Shown here piece by piece: positions 49,193 through 58,703 of a DNA stretch of 64,000 bases. Position numbers and translations under genes: made by a program. This DNA is from an uncultured Veillonella sp. (GTDB lineage: Bacteria; Bacillota; Negativicutes; Veillonellales; Veillonellaceae). The notes beneath the pieces were generated by a model. That model searched no databases. It was not told the DNA's origin and worked only from the letters and a program-made list of their open reading frames with translations. The stretch's first letter is position 1. Every line of letters begins with the position of its first letter. The stretch lies in the NCBI GenBank assembly GCA_902478055.1, contig CABSJL010000005.1:9896-73895 (forward strand). The letters run 5' to 3'.

Positions 49193-49223
49193 AACCCTCT
49201 TTACATGTTTCGTAAAGAGGGTT
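49193..49223 (+). terminator. Terminator hairpin
   Basis: aaccctctttac...gtaaagagggtt. Confidence 0.7.
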
Positions 49224-49347
49224 ATTATATTCCAATAATAAATCATATGTAATTAAAATGGTTTCCTGCTAAGGTACAAGTTTTAGTGCGTTGCGGATAA
49301 AAAGGGCCTTTCTTCGCCGGACGGTTCTAGAAGCCAGAAAGGATGTA

Positions 49348-50532
49348 ATGAGCGATCAAGTTTCTATTTCAACAGCAAATATTCGTGGTGCCTTTGGGGG
49401 CTTCTTTATCCCAGGTATGTATACAGCCTTGTGGGCTGGTTTTGTACCATATTTAAAAGCAAAGCTTAGTATCGGTGAAGATGTATTGGGTTCTATGATT
49501 TTAGTGCTCGGTGTAGGTTCTTGTTTGTCCATGGCCATAGCTGGTAAGCTAGTAGAGAACTTTGGATGCAAGAAAGTCGTTTTATTAGCTAGCTTTATTG
49601 GCATGTTATCTCTTGCTATTGTTACGATGTGCTCTACAATTGCTACGACCACAGCCGCTTTATTCTTCTTTGGTATAGGTGTAGGTCTTAGTGGTGCATC
49701 CGCTAATTTACAAGCTATCTTGACCGAAAAGGTGAGTAAAAAGCACTTGATGGGGGCTTATCACGGTGGATGGAGTTTAGGCGGTTTTGCCGGTGCTGGT
49801 GTTTTGTTGGTGCTTTTAAAAATATTATCTTTACCTGTTAATGCTAGTATTTGGGGACTTCTCATCGTATTATTCATTGCCATGGTCGTGGTTAGCCAAT
49901 TTATGTTAACCTTTGGTAGTGATCCAAATGCAAAGGTTACTAAAAAATCTAAAAGCCCACTATCTTTCCATCCGATAGCTATTATCTTTGGTCTCTTGTC
50001 CTTTGTATCTTACTTGGTTGAAGGCGCAGTAGGGGATTGGAGTGCATTATACTTATTCGAAGATAAAGGTATTGTTATCGAAGAAGCCGTTATGGGCGTT
50101 ATGCTCTTTAATGGTACTATGTGTATTGGTCGTTTGCTTGGTAATACAATTGGTAAACATTTAACCTCTAAACAAGTTGTAATTGGTGGTTATTTGTTAG
50201 GTGCTATTGCAATGGGCCTTATTGTATTCCTACCAGGTTATGGCTCCATGTACACATACTTATTACTTGGTATTTCTTTAGCCATGGTAGTACCAAACTT
50301 ATTCTCTGCTATGGGGGAACAAAATGTTATTCCTATGACACAAGCTGTGGCAACATCTACGATGCTTGGTTATATGGGGATTTTAATGGGACCAGCATTG
50401 ATTGGTTTCATTGCTCATGGTACAAGTCTTACAGTGGCATTTATCGTATTGACTGCATTACTTGTTATTAGTGCTGGTATTGGTAAATACGCTTATATGT
50501 TAATGGACAAATCAAAGGAAGCAGAAGCTTAA
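49348..50532 (+). CDS. MFS transporter (YbjJ-like)
   Basis: About 12 TM; HGGWSLGG, EGAVGDWSALYL, GPALIGFIA. Confidence 0.85.
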   Translation: MSDQVSISTANIRGAFGGFFIPGMYTALWAGFVPYLKAKLSIGEDVLGSMILVLGVGSCLSMAIAGKLVENFGCKKVVLLASFIGMLSLAIVTMCSTIATTTAALFFFGIGVGLSGASANLQAILTEKVSKKHLMGAYHGGWSLGGFAGAGVLLVLLKILSLPVNASIWGLLIVLFIAMVVVSQFMLTFGSDPNAKVTKKSKSPLSFHPIAIIFGLLSFVSYLVEGAVGDWSALYLFEDKGIVIEEAVMGVMLFNGTMCIGRLLGNTIGKHLTSKQVVIGGYLLGAIAMGLIVFLPGYGSMYTYLLLGISLAMVVPNLFSAMGEQNVIPMTQAVATSTMLGYMGILMGPALIGFIAHGTSLTVAFIVLTALLVISAGIGKYAYMLMDKSKEAEA

Positions 50533-50536
50533 AGAA

Positions 50537-50574
50537 TAGCCCCAAAGACGAAATGTCTTTGGGGCTAATTTTTT
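50537..50574 (+). terminator. Rho-independent terminator
   Basis: tagccccaaagac-gaaat-gtctttggggcta plus T tract. Confidence 0.85.
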
Positions 50575-50640
50575 GAAATATAGCAATATTATTAGAAATA
50601 TGTTAATCCATTATATATACATAACATTGATGAGATACCA

Positions 50641-50670
50641 AAAAGCCACAGGATAGAACCTGTGGCTTTT
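50641..50670 (-). terminator. Terminator of guaC
   Basis: aaaagccacagg...cctgtggctttt. Confidence 0.8.
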
Positions 50671-50690
50671 ACATTTAATTTAATATTATA

Positions 50691-51677
50691 TTAGCGATCG
50701 CCGTTGAAGATAGAGTTTTTAACAAGTACATAGTCTACTTTGCGGATTGCTTGTAGAGTAGTACCGCCAGCATAAGAGATAGCGGATTGTAAATCTTGTT
50801 CCATTTCAACTAATGTATCAAAGATAGAACCTTTGGAATCGATGAAGATCTTTTTGCCTTCTACATTTTTGCGTTCGCCTTTTTGGAACTCAGACGCAGA
50901 ACCAAAGTATTCTTTTACTGCTTTACCGTCAACGATTTTTTCTTCCCCTGGAGACTCTTCATGACCAGCGAATAGGGAACCAATCATAACCATAGTAGCG
51001 CCAAAGCGGATAGATTTAGCAATGTCGCCATGATCGCGGATACCACCGTCAGCAATGATAGGTTTAGTAGCTGCTTTTGCACACCAGCGAACCGCAGCCA
51101 ATTGCCAACCACCTGTACCGAAGCCAGTTTTTAATTTAGTGATACAAACTTTACCAGGACCAATACCAACTTTAGTTGCATCTGCACCAGCATTTTCAAG
51201 TTCACGAACTGCTTCTGGTGTACCTACGTTACCAGCGATAACAAATGTACCAGGTAAGTTCTTTTTGATGTATTGAATCATATCGATTACTGCGTTGGAG
51301 TGACCATGAGCAATATCGATTGTAATGTATTCAGGTGTTAAGTTTACTTTTTTGAATTCATCAACTAAAGCAAATTCTTCAGGTTTTACACCAATGGAAA
51401 TAGAAGAATATAAGTTAAGGTCGTGCATGCGTTTTACAAAGTCCATACGACGTTCTGGTTGGAAACGATGCATGATATAGAAATAACCTTCACGAGCTAA
51501 TTTTTCTGCCAATTCTTCGTCGATAATAGTTTGCATATTTGCAGGAACTACTGGCAAACGGAATGTGCGGTTACCTAATTTAACATGTGTATCACATTCG
51601 CTACGGCTAGTTACGATACATTTATTAGGAATCAATTGCACGTCTTCATAATCAAAGATGTTCGTTGTGTTAATCAT
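50691..51677 (-). CDS. guaC: GMP reductase (Firmicutes type)
   Basis: [36 protein letters not shown]. Confidence 0.95.
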   Translation of the reverse strand: MINTTNIFDYEDVQLIPNKCIVTSRSECDTHVKLGNRTFRLPVVPANMQTIIDEELAEKLAREGYFYIMHRFQPERRMDFVKRMHDLNLYSSISIGVKPEEFALVDEFKKVNLTPEYITIDIAHGHSNAVIDMIQYIKKNLPGTFVIAGNVGTPEAVRELENAGADATKVGIGPGKVCITKLKTGFGTGGWQLAAVRWCAKAATKPIIADGGIRDHGDIAKSIRFGATMVMIGSLFAGHEESPGEEKIVDGKAVKEYFGSASEFQKGERKNVEGKKIFIDSKGSIFDTLVEMEQDLQSAISYAGGTTLQAIRKVDYVLVKNSIFNGDR

Positions 51678-51859
51678 ATTTTCTATATCTCCTTCGAGTA
51701 TTACAAATTGAACCTGTACCATTATACAAGAGAAGCGTAAAATTTTCAATACGTTCCGAATATTTTGTTTGGACTCAGAAACGAACTGTAGTACAATACA
51801 AGTAGATTGTATAAATAATATATTCTTTAATATATATGGTAACGAGGAGGTTGATTGAC

Positions 51860-52390
51860 ATGGATCAGTCTAAAACCCGCATGCTTGCAGAAGCAGGTGT
51901 AGCTATTGCAATTGCTCAAGTATTATCGTTTATTACGATTTTCCATATGCCTCAGGGTGGTTCTATTAAGGCTGCGTCTCTAGTGCCGCTTATGATTTAT
52001 GCCTATCGATGGGGTGGGGCTCGCGGTATTTTTGCTGGCGTCGTATACGGTATCTTGCATTTCATTTTAGGCTTTAAATCATCTGTACACTATTTAAGTA
52101 TTATATTAGATTATCTAGTAGCTTATGGTGTTATTGGCGTTTGCGGTTATTTCAAAGATTCTATTTCTGGCCTTATCACAGGTTCTATTGTAGGTATCGC
52201 ATTGCGTTGGGCCGCATCTGTTGTGAGCGGTGCCGTTGTGTTCGCTAGCTATGCACCTCAAGGTCAAAATCCATGGATTTACTCCATGATTTATAATGCC
52301 TCTTATATGGTGCCAGATGGGATTTTAAATATTGTTGTTTTACTATTCATCTACCAAGGTGTTAAACGAGGTTTAGGACGTCGTGGATAA
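51860..52390 (+). CDS. thiT: ThiT/YuaJ-family ECF S-component
   Basis: [32 protein letters not shown]. Confidence 0.82.
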   Translation: MDQSKTRMLAEAGVAIAIAQVLSFITIFHMPQGGSIKAASLVPLMIYAYRWGGARGIFAGVVYGILHFILGFKSSVHYLSIILDYLVAYGVIGVCGYFKDSISGLITGSIVGIALRWAASVVSGAVVFASYAPQGQNPWIYSMIYNASYMVPDGILNIVVLLFIYQGVKRGLGRRG

Positions 52391-53507
52391 ATTAGGTTTA
52401 ATTATTTTGGCTGGTGGTTTGAGTTCTCGAATGGGGCAACCTAAGGCATTATTGCCTTGGGTTAATGGTGAAAGCCTCATATCTCATGCACTTCGTAAGG
52501 GATTAGAAGCGGATGTGGATGATATCATCATCTCCATTGGTGATGATGATCAGTTAGGACATGCCATTCAGACTCATATCATTGATACGTTATCGAACGA
52601 TGAGAAGAATAAAGTTTCTATTGTTCGGGATTCTATTGAGCGATGTGGTCCTCTAGGGGGACTTTATAGTGCTCTAGCTGTTGGAATGAGTCCTGCCTAT
52701 GCGGTGATGGCTGTAGATATGCCATTTATGCCTATGGATTTATATTATGATTGGTTATATCAAGTGAATCATAACAATTGGAATGTCATAGTTCCTACTG
52801 GTTCTAGAGGTAAGCCAGAACCTATGGCAGGAATTTATAGACCTCATATTGTATCATTACTTCCATCTATTCTAGCCGGTAAAGACGTATCGTTGCAGCA
52901 TGCCCTTGATACGATTGGTCATGTTGAATCTATTGCTGCCAGTGATTATGATTGGGAGCTAAGTAATGTAAATCATTATGATGATTATCAATGGGCTCGT
53001 GCATTAGCAGAAAATGAGTTTCGTCGAGTTCCAGTTATAAGTGTAGTAGCATCAAAACGTAAAACAGGTAAGACTACGGTAGTAACCCGTCTTGTAACTG
53101 AGTTACAACGAGCTGGGTTTTCTGTAGGCGTTGTGAAGAGTGATAAACACGGCTTTCAAATGGATCATGAAGGGACCGATACAGACCTTTCTTATAAAGC
53201 TGGCGCTGATGCGGTGGCTATTGCTGGCCCTAATGAAACAGCGATTCGTATACGCACTAAAGAACAATCAAATCTGTATGAAATATCACAGTTTATGCCT
53301 GTGGATATAGTTATACTAGAAACAAGGTCCCAAGGCATTGCCCCTATTATAGAGGTTACGCAAGAAGGACATACAGAAGAGCTTATCTCAGATTCTATCG
53401 ATCGAGTAGCTATAATCGAAATTAGCAAGTTAGACCAAGACGTACCTAGATTAGTACGTCACATACAGGAAATGATGAGGTGTTTAAATGGCCGTCGTTA
53501 CTGTTGA
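52383..53507 (+). CDS. mobA: MobA-MobB fusion (Moco guanylyltransferase plus GTP-binding domain)
   Basis: ILAGGLSSRMGQPKA, GPLGG, DMP, NVN; then KRKTGKTT P-loop and KSDKHGFQMDHEGTDT. Confidence 0.85.
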   Translation: MDKLGLIILAGGLSSRMGQPKALLPWVNGESLISHALRKGLEADVDDIIISIGDDDQLGHAIQTHIIDTLSNDEKNKVSIVRDSIERCGPLGGLYSALAVGMSPAYAVMAVDMPFMPMDLYYDWLYQVNHNNWNVIVPTGSRGKPEPMAGIYRPHIVSLLPSILAGKDVSLQHALDTIGHVESIAASDYDWELSNVNHYDDYQWARALAENEFRRVPVISVVASKRKTGKTTVVTRLVTELQRAGFSVGVVKSDKHGFQMDHEGTDTDLSYKAGADAVAIAGPNETAIRIRTKEQSNLYEISQFMPVDIVILETRSQGIAPIIEVTQEGHTEELISDSIDRVAIIEISKLDQDVPRLVRHIQEMMRCLNGRRYC

Positions 53508-54723
53508 GGAGGCCCTTCAATTATGGGATGAGGCCTTACAAACACAAGTTCATAAAGTAGAAACGATTGATGTTAAGGCTGCGAAAGGATATGTGTTGGC
53601 AGAGGATATTATTGCCCCTACAGATGTACCAGCCTTTCCAAAATCTGCCATGGATGGGTATGCCATTGCCTTTTCCGCGGATTGTAATGAGTATATTGTT
53701 GACGGTGTTATAGGCGCCGGCGTTGTATGGGAACAACCTGTTGCACTAGGTCATGCAGTACGTATTATGACGGGCGCACCTATACCGGATACATGTGATA
53801 CTGTTATCATGCAAGAACAGGTAGTTGGCTCCGGAGAACCGGGTACAACAATCATAATTCAAGGTAAATACAAATGTGGCGATCATATCATCCCTCAAGG
53901 TGAGGAATGTAGTGCTGGCACTATTGTGATTCCTCGTGGAACAGAGGTAACCTCTACGGTACAAACTGTTTTGACTGGTCTGGGGTTGACTGAGATTGCT
54001 GTCAATGCAATGCCTCGCGTGTTAGTCCTTACCTCTGGCCATGAGGTGATTGAACCTGGTGAAAGCTTAACAGCTGGTAAAATTTATAACTCTAATAGAG
54101 CTATGATTTGTGGACTCTTGGAGGATTTAGGCTTTCATAAGATTACGCACTATCATGTCAGTGATGCTCCAGAGGAATTAGACTCTGAAATTAACCATGT
54201 GTTACAGCTCAGTGAAGATGCTGATATTATCATTAGCTCTGGCGGCGTATCCGTAGGGCTATTTGATACAATGCCTCTTATTTATGAAAAGTTAGGCGCT
54301 AAATCTATTTATGCGCGCATTCAAATGCGTCCTGGTGCAGCATCTTATGGTGCAGTGACGCCGAAAGGTCAAATCATCTTTGGTCTATCTGGTAATCCAG
54401 GGGCTGCATTCAATGGATGGCATCTAATCGTAGCGCCAACATTGAAACGATATAAAGGCTTAAAAAACTGGACCACACCAGTAGTAGCGTGTGTAATGGA
54501 TTCAGAAATCTTTAAGCGTAATGCTTTTGATCGGTATGTACAAGGTAAAGTAATCTTTGGCGGTGGGGCACCACGTTTTGTGGCGAATCGTCACTTTAAC
54601 AGTAGTAGTATGCTAGGTTTATATACTGTGAACGCCCTCGCATGTATTCCTCGTGGGGTACATGAAGTACATCCGGGCGATACCTTTGATGTGTATCTAT
54701 TAGGATTACTACCTGCAGTTTAA
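53488..54723 (+). CDS. moeA: Molybdopterin molybdotransferase
   Basis: SAMDGYA, RIMTGAP, SGGVSVG, LSGNP. Confidence 0.93.
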   Translation: MAVVTVEEALQLWDEALQTQVHKVETIDVKAAKGYVLAEDIIAPTDVPAFPKSAMDGYAIAFSADCNEYIVDGVIGAGVVWEQPVALGHAVRIMTGAPIPDTCDTVIMQEQVVGSGEPGTTIIIQGKYKCGDHIIPQGEECSAGTIVIPRGTEVTSTVQTVLTGLGLTEIAVNAMPRVLVLTSGHEVIEPGESLTAGKIYNSNRAMICGLLEDLGFHKITHYHVSDAPEELDSEINHVLQLSEDADIIISSGGVSVGLFDTMPLIYEKLGAKSIYARIQMRPGAASYGAVTPKGQIIFGLSGNPGAAFNGWHLIVAPTLKRYKGLKNWTTPVVACVMDSEIFKRNAFDRYVQGKVIFGGGAPRFVANRHFNSSSMLGLYTVNALACIPRGVHEVHPGDTFDVYLLGLLPAV

Positions 54724-54810
54724 AATATATGGACTTACAAGTTTTATATATGTAGCATTTAAAAATTAAGCATATTAAATATTTGTAAGATTAATAGATA
54801 TAAATAACAA

Positions 54811-54845
54811 GACGAGGTCTCTGTGGAGGCCTCGTCAATTTGTTT
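54811..54845 (+). terminator. Terminator hairpin
   Basis: gacgaggtctc-tgtg-gaggcctcgtc, weak T tract. Confidence 0.65.
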
Positions 54846-54870
54846 ATATAAGTATATAAAATTACTTCAA

Positions 54871-54916
54871 TTCTGTTGCTGTAGGAACTGAAATTAAATC
54901 TCAATTAATTTATAAT
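54871..54916 (+). promoter_or_regulatory. Crp/Fnr-type palindrome plus -10 (class II promoter geometry)
   Basis: TTCTGTTGCTGTAGGAACTGAA centred about 41.5 bp upstream of the expected TSS after TATAAT (54911-54916). Confidence 0.5.
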
Positions 54917-55031
54917 AAAGTCAATAAAAGGATAATCCTTTTAGTTACATCAATTGAGTTTTGACAAAATTTATTTCAATCTACTTTTTAATTATTTTTA
55001 CTATCAAATAGTTATATAAGGAGTGATTTCT

Positions 55032-55367
55032 ATGAGTAAGACTTTCACAAAAAATATCCCAGTTAATGAAATTTTACATCTAGGCGAGCGTTTAGAGTAT
55101 AAAGAGGGGCAAGTGATTAGTATTACGATAGCCCAAAATGAACGACTCAGTATTACCTTGTTTGCGTTACCAAAGGGCGAAGAAATCTCTACTCATGTAA
55201 CTGTAGGCGATGCGATTGTACAAATCCTTGATGGTGAGGCACACATCGTCGTCGGTGATGTGGAACATACTGTGAAAGCTGGTGAAACATTGATCATGCC
55301 ATCTGAAGTGCCGCATAGTTTAGATGCTCGAGAAAACTTCAAGATGTTATTGACCGTAGTTAAATAA
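55032..55367 (+). CDS. Cupin domain protein
   Basis: LFALPKGEEISTH...ILDGEA...MPSEVPHSL. Confidence 0.88.
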   Translation: MSKTFTKNIPVNEILHLGERLEYKEGQVISITIAQNERLSITLFALPKGEEISTHVTVGDAIVQILDGEAHIVVGDVEHTVKAGETLIMPSEVPHSLDARENFKMLLTVVK

Positions 55368-55438
55368 ATATATCATAATAAATGCATCCTTTGAATTTAT
55401 AAGGGATGCATTTTGGCATATGGAGTGATTGGATATCT

Positions 55439-56461
55439 ATGGATTATTTCGACTATTCATATAAACATAATTACATAGAGTTTAGCAGTAACATATATAG
55501 AGTTGGCACATATCATTATAACTGGCATGGTGAGACGGAGATTCTTATTCTATTAAAAGGCCAAATGGAAATGAGTTGTAATGGTGAGACATTTACGATG
55601 GAACCACTTGATGTGGTCATTATCTCTCCTCAAGTGGGACATGCCACATTAGCTCTGGAAGAGGATGTCATTGCCTTTGCCATTCATGTAGGAAATGAAT
55701 TTTACCAACAGTATGATCCAGATTTTGGCGCCTATCAATTTGTATTGCGTTCAGATAATAGTACTCGTCACAATCAATTTTTTACAACATTACGGCATCA
55801 TGCAGCTATGACGATGTTATTGATGACTAAAGGTGAAAGCCCGGTACATCAAATGTGGATAGAGCATCATTATTTAGCATTGTCTGGGGATGTATTTAGA
55901 GAATTTGATCCCATTAAAAAGGTTCATGAAAATGCTAGACCTGGCGATATGAAACCAGCAACGTTCGATAAAATGATTGCCTATATTGATGAACATTATG
56001 AGCAGAAAATAGAGTTGGAAGATATTGCAAAAATAGGGGGCTATAATGTTGCCTATACGTCTCAGTTCTTTAAAAAGCAAATGGGGATTTCCTTTGTTGA
56101 ATATGTTTTGCGTTTGAGACTGAGAGAGGCTACCCTTCGTTTAATTAACACCGATGAGGCTGTGGCACGAATTGCGAGTGATTGTGGCTTTGCCGATGTT
56201 AAAGCTTTTAATGTGGCTTTTAAAAAGCATTTCCGTATAACACCAACAGAGTATCGCAAACAAGTAAAGAATATTGGGCGTAAAACGACATTGCAAGATT
56301 GGAAGGAAATTATTTCTGTAGAAAATCAAGATGTTCTAAATCTACTTCATTCATTCTTGTCCTATGAAGATGACTCACGAGCGAAGGATGAGTTAGAATT
56401 CATGAGTAAGAAGTTAGAACATTTGAAAGAAAAATTAGCTGATGTTGTAAAGAACTTATAA
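55439..56461 (+). CDS. AraC-family regulator (paralog 1)
   Basis: YHYNWH cupin sensor; HTH YTSQFFKK...IASDCGF. Confidence 0.9.
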   Translation: MDYFDYSYKHNYIEFSSNIYRVGTYHYNWHGETEILILLKGQMEMSCNGETFTMEPLDVVIISPQVGHATLALEEDVIAFAIHVGNEFYQQYDPDFGAYQFVLRSDNSTRHNQFFTTLRHHAAMTMLLMTKGESPVHQMWIEHHYLALSGDVFREFDPIKKVHENARPGDMKPATFDKMIAYIDEHYEQKIELEDIAKIGGYNVAYTSQFFKKQMGISFVEYVLRLRLREATLRLINTDEAVARIASDCGFADVKAFNVAFKKHFRITPTEYRKQVKNIGRKTTLQDWKEIISVENQDVLNLLHSFLSYEDDSRAKDELEFMSKKLEHLKEKLADVVKNL

Positions 56462-56601
56462 TTAATTTCATATAGTTCGATAGAATGTATATCTTCATAA
56501 CCTAGGTATTGTTAGCAAAATATTAGCAAATATTTTTTGATACATATATAAATGTTAGAATTGGGTGATTTTCTATATAAAAAATCATCAAATACTTACC
56601 T

Positions 56602-56635
56602 AAAAAGCACTACTATTGATAAGTAGTGCTTTTTT
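56602..56635 (+). terminator. Terminator (duplicated copy 1)
   Basis: aaaaagcactact...agtagtgcttttt. Confidence 0.8.
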
Positions 56636-56826
56636 GATATCTTTTATGGGGGAGGATTTATAGATTGTCGGGAAATAAAAATATAATAAATCAAAAGAAA
56701 ATCATCGTTTTATGTAAGTTTTACTAGAAAAACTACCTTTTAATTTGGATAGTTATATTCTCCAAACTGAGTAGAATATACTTCATCAGGAGTAAAAAAT
56801 TAGTAAGTTATAATTTTGGAGGATAT

Positions 56827-57093
56827 ATGAATCAAGTAAAATTTATGGAAAACGTAGGTAAAGTTGCAACTGTTACTGCTGTAGCTATGTATGTATCTTA
56901 TTTTCCACAAATCATGCATAACCTAGCTCATCCAGGTACTGGCGATTGGATCCAACCACTTGTAGCTGCAATCAACTGTACATTATGGGTAGCGTATGGT
57001 TTATTCAAAGAACATAGAGATATTCCAGTAGCATTAGCTAATGCACCAGGAATCTTTTTTGGCTTAGCAGCAGCTATTACAGCGGTTATGTAA
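56827..57093 (+). CDS. SemiSWEET/PQ-loop transporter
   Basis: MYVSYFPQI, QPLVAAINCTLWVAYGL, ANAPG; 3 TM. Confidence 0.88.
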   Translation: MNQVKFMENVGKVATVTAVAMYVSYFPQIMHNLAHPGTGDWIQPLVAAINCTLWVAYGLFKEHRDIPVALANAPGIFFGLAAAITAVM

Positions 57094-57110
57094 TTTAAAG
57101 AATAGAAACA

Positions 57111-57163
57111 TAAAACTATAACGTTAATGATATATAAAACTATAACTTTAATGACATATAAAA
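57111..57163. repeat. 24-bp imperfect tandem repeat x2
   Basis: taaaactataacgttaatgatata / taaaactataactttaatgacata. Confidence 0.75.
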
Positions 57164-57289
57164 TTACTGTTGACCGTTGTTAATTATATATATCATAATG
57201 AATGCATCTCTTAGATTTATAAGAGGTGCATTTTTTATGTAAATAATTGAGAGGTATTTGTTTGATTTTATGAGGGGTGTTACGTTGTT

Positions 57290-58318
57290 ATGGATTACTT
57301 TCACTATACATACAAACACAATCATATAGATTTCAATAGTGATATATATAAGGTTAGTACATATCATTACAACTGGCATAGTGGCGTAGAGGTGTTGATC
57401 TTGTTAAAGGGCAGAATTGACATGAGTTGTAATAGTGAGGTTTTCACGATGGAACCTCTTGATACAATTATCATTTCCCCTCAAGTTGGTCATGCTACGT
57501 TGGCATTAGAAGAGGATACAACGGCTCTTGTTATTCATGTAGGCAAGGAGTTTTTCCAATACTTTGATCCGAACTTTGGTATGTACCAATTTGTACTGCG
57601 TTCAGATGCAAGTAATCGGAATAATCCTTTCTTTACGTTATTACGGCATCATGCAGCACAAATGATGTTGTTAATGGTGAATGGTAAAAGTCCTGATTAT
57701 CAATTATGGCTGGAACATCATTATTTAGCTTTGACTAGTGCTATATATCGTGAAATTGATGCGGTTAAGACTATCCCTGTACATACAAAGCCTGCTGATA
57801 TGACTGTAGCTACCTTTGATAAAATGATTGCCTATATTGATGAAAATTATAAGCAGAAGATAGAGTTAGAAGATATTGCCAAAATTGGCGGTTATAATGT
57901 GAACTATACATCTCAGTTCTTTAAACGCCAATTAGGAGTTTCCTTTTTAGAGTATTTGTTGCGGTTGAGATTACGAGAGGCTACCGTTCGTTTAGCTAAC
58001 TCTGAGGATGGGGTGGCTCATATTGCGAGTAGCTGTGGCTTCGCAGATATTAAAGCCTTTAATGTGGCCTTCAAGAAGCACTTCCATACAACACCATCTG
58101 AATATAGAAAACAAGCAAAAGAGATGGGGCGTAAAACAAAGTTACATGATTGGAAGGAAATTATCTCTACTCAGGAAAAGGATATTATAGATATATTGCA
58201 AACCTATTTACCATATCAAGATGCCTCTATCAATAAGGATAGATTGGAAGAGGCTAATCAAAAGTTACAGGATGTTAGAGAAGAACTTGAGCTGGTTGTA
58301 AAAAAATTACAATCATAA
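57290..58318 (+). CDS. AraC-family regulator (paralog 2)
   Basis: Colinear with and highly similar to 55439..56461. Confidence 0.9.
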   Translation: MDYFHYTYKHNHIDFNSDIYKVSTYHYNWHSGVEVLILLKGRIDMSCNSEVFTMEPLDTIIISPQVGHATLALEEDTTALVIHVGKEFFQYFDPNFGMYQFVLRSDASNRNNPFFTLLRHHAAQMMLLMVNGKSPDYQLWLEHHYLALTSAIYREIDAVKTIPVHTKPADMTVATFDKMIAYIDENYKQKIELEDIAKIGGYNVNYTSQFFKRQLGVSFLEYLLRLRLREATVRLANSEDGVAHIASSCGFADIKAFNVAFKKHFHTTPSEYRKQAKEMGRKTKLHDWKEIISTQEKDIIDILQTYLPYQDASINKDRLEEANQKLQDVREELELVVKKLQS

Positions 58319-58446
58319 TTTTCATTGTTATAATTCCTTGTAATTGCTTATAATTTTATGATTTTGAAAATTAAAATTAGGGGGATATACAATCATTAGG
58401 TATAGGTGATTTTGTATATTTGATAAGCATATAAAAATAAATGATG

Positions 58447-58482
58447 AAAGAGCACTACCTTTTGATAAGTAGTGCTCTTTTT
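58447..58482 (+). terminator. Terminator (duplicated copy 2)
   Basis: aaagagcactac...gtagtgctcttttt. Confidence 0.8.
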
Positions 58483-58703
58483 GATATTTCTGAATAGGTG
58501 TAATTGTATATTTTACATAGGTAAAAATATAATTATATAGGTGATTTTGTATGAATTTAGCGTGCTTTCACAAGCAAAAATCAACTTATAAATTGGATAG
58601 TTATATCCTGTAAAAAGAGTACAATGAAATCATCGAAAGGAGCTAAGGTTCCGAAACATAAATAATCACGTCTTAAATAATGAAGTCCATTTGGAGGTTT
58701 ACG

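Noticed and set aside
51655..51800. PurBox-like CGAAC motifs near guaC and a possible purine riboswitch
   Set aside because: Matches are short and one lies in the coding region; no purine aptamer consensus
57111..57163. CRISPR array
   Set aside because: Only two abutting units, no spacers, no cas genes; the same applies to the TATTAGA region
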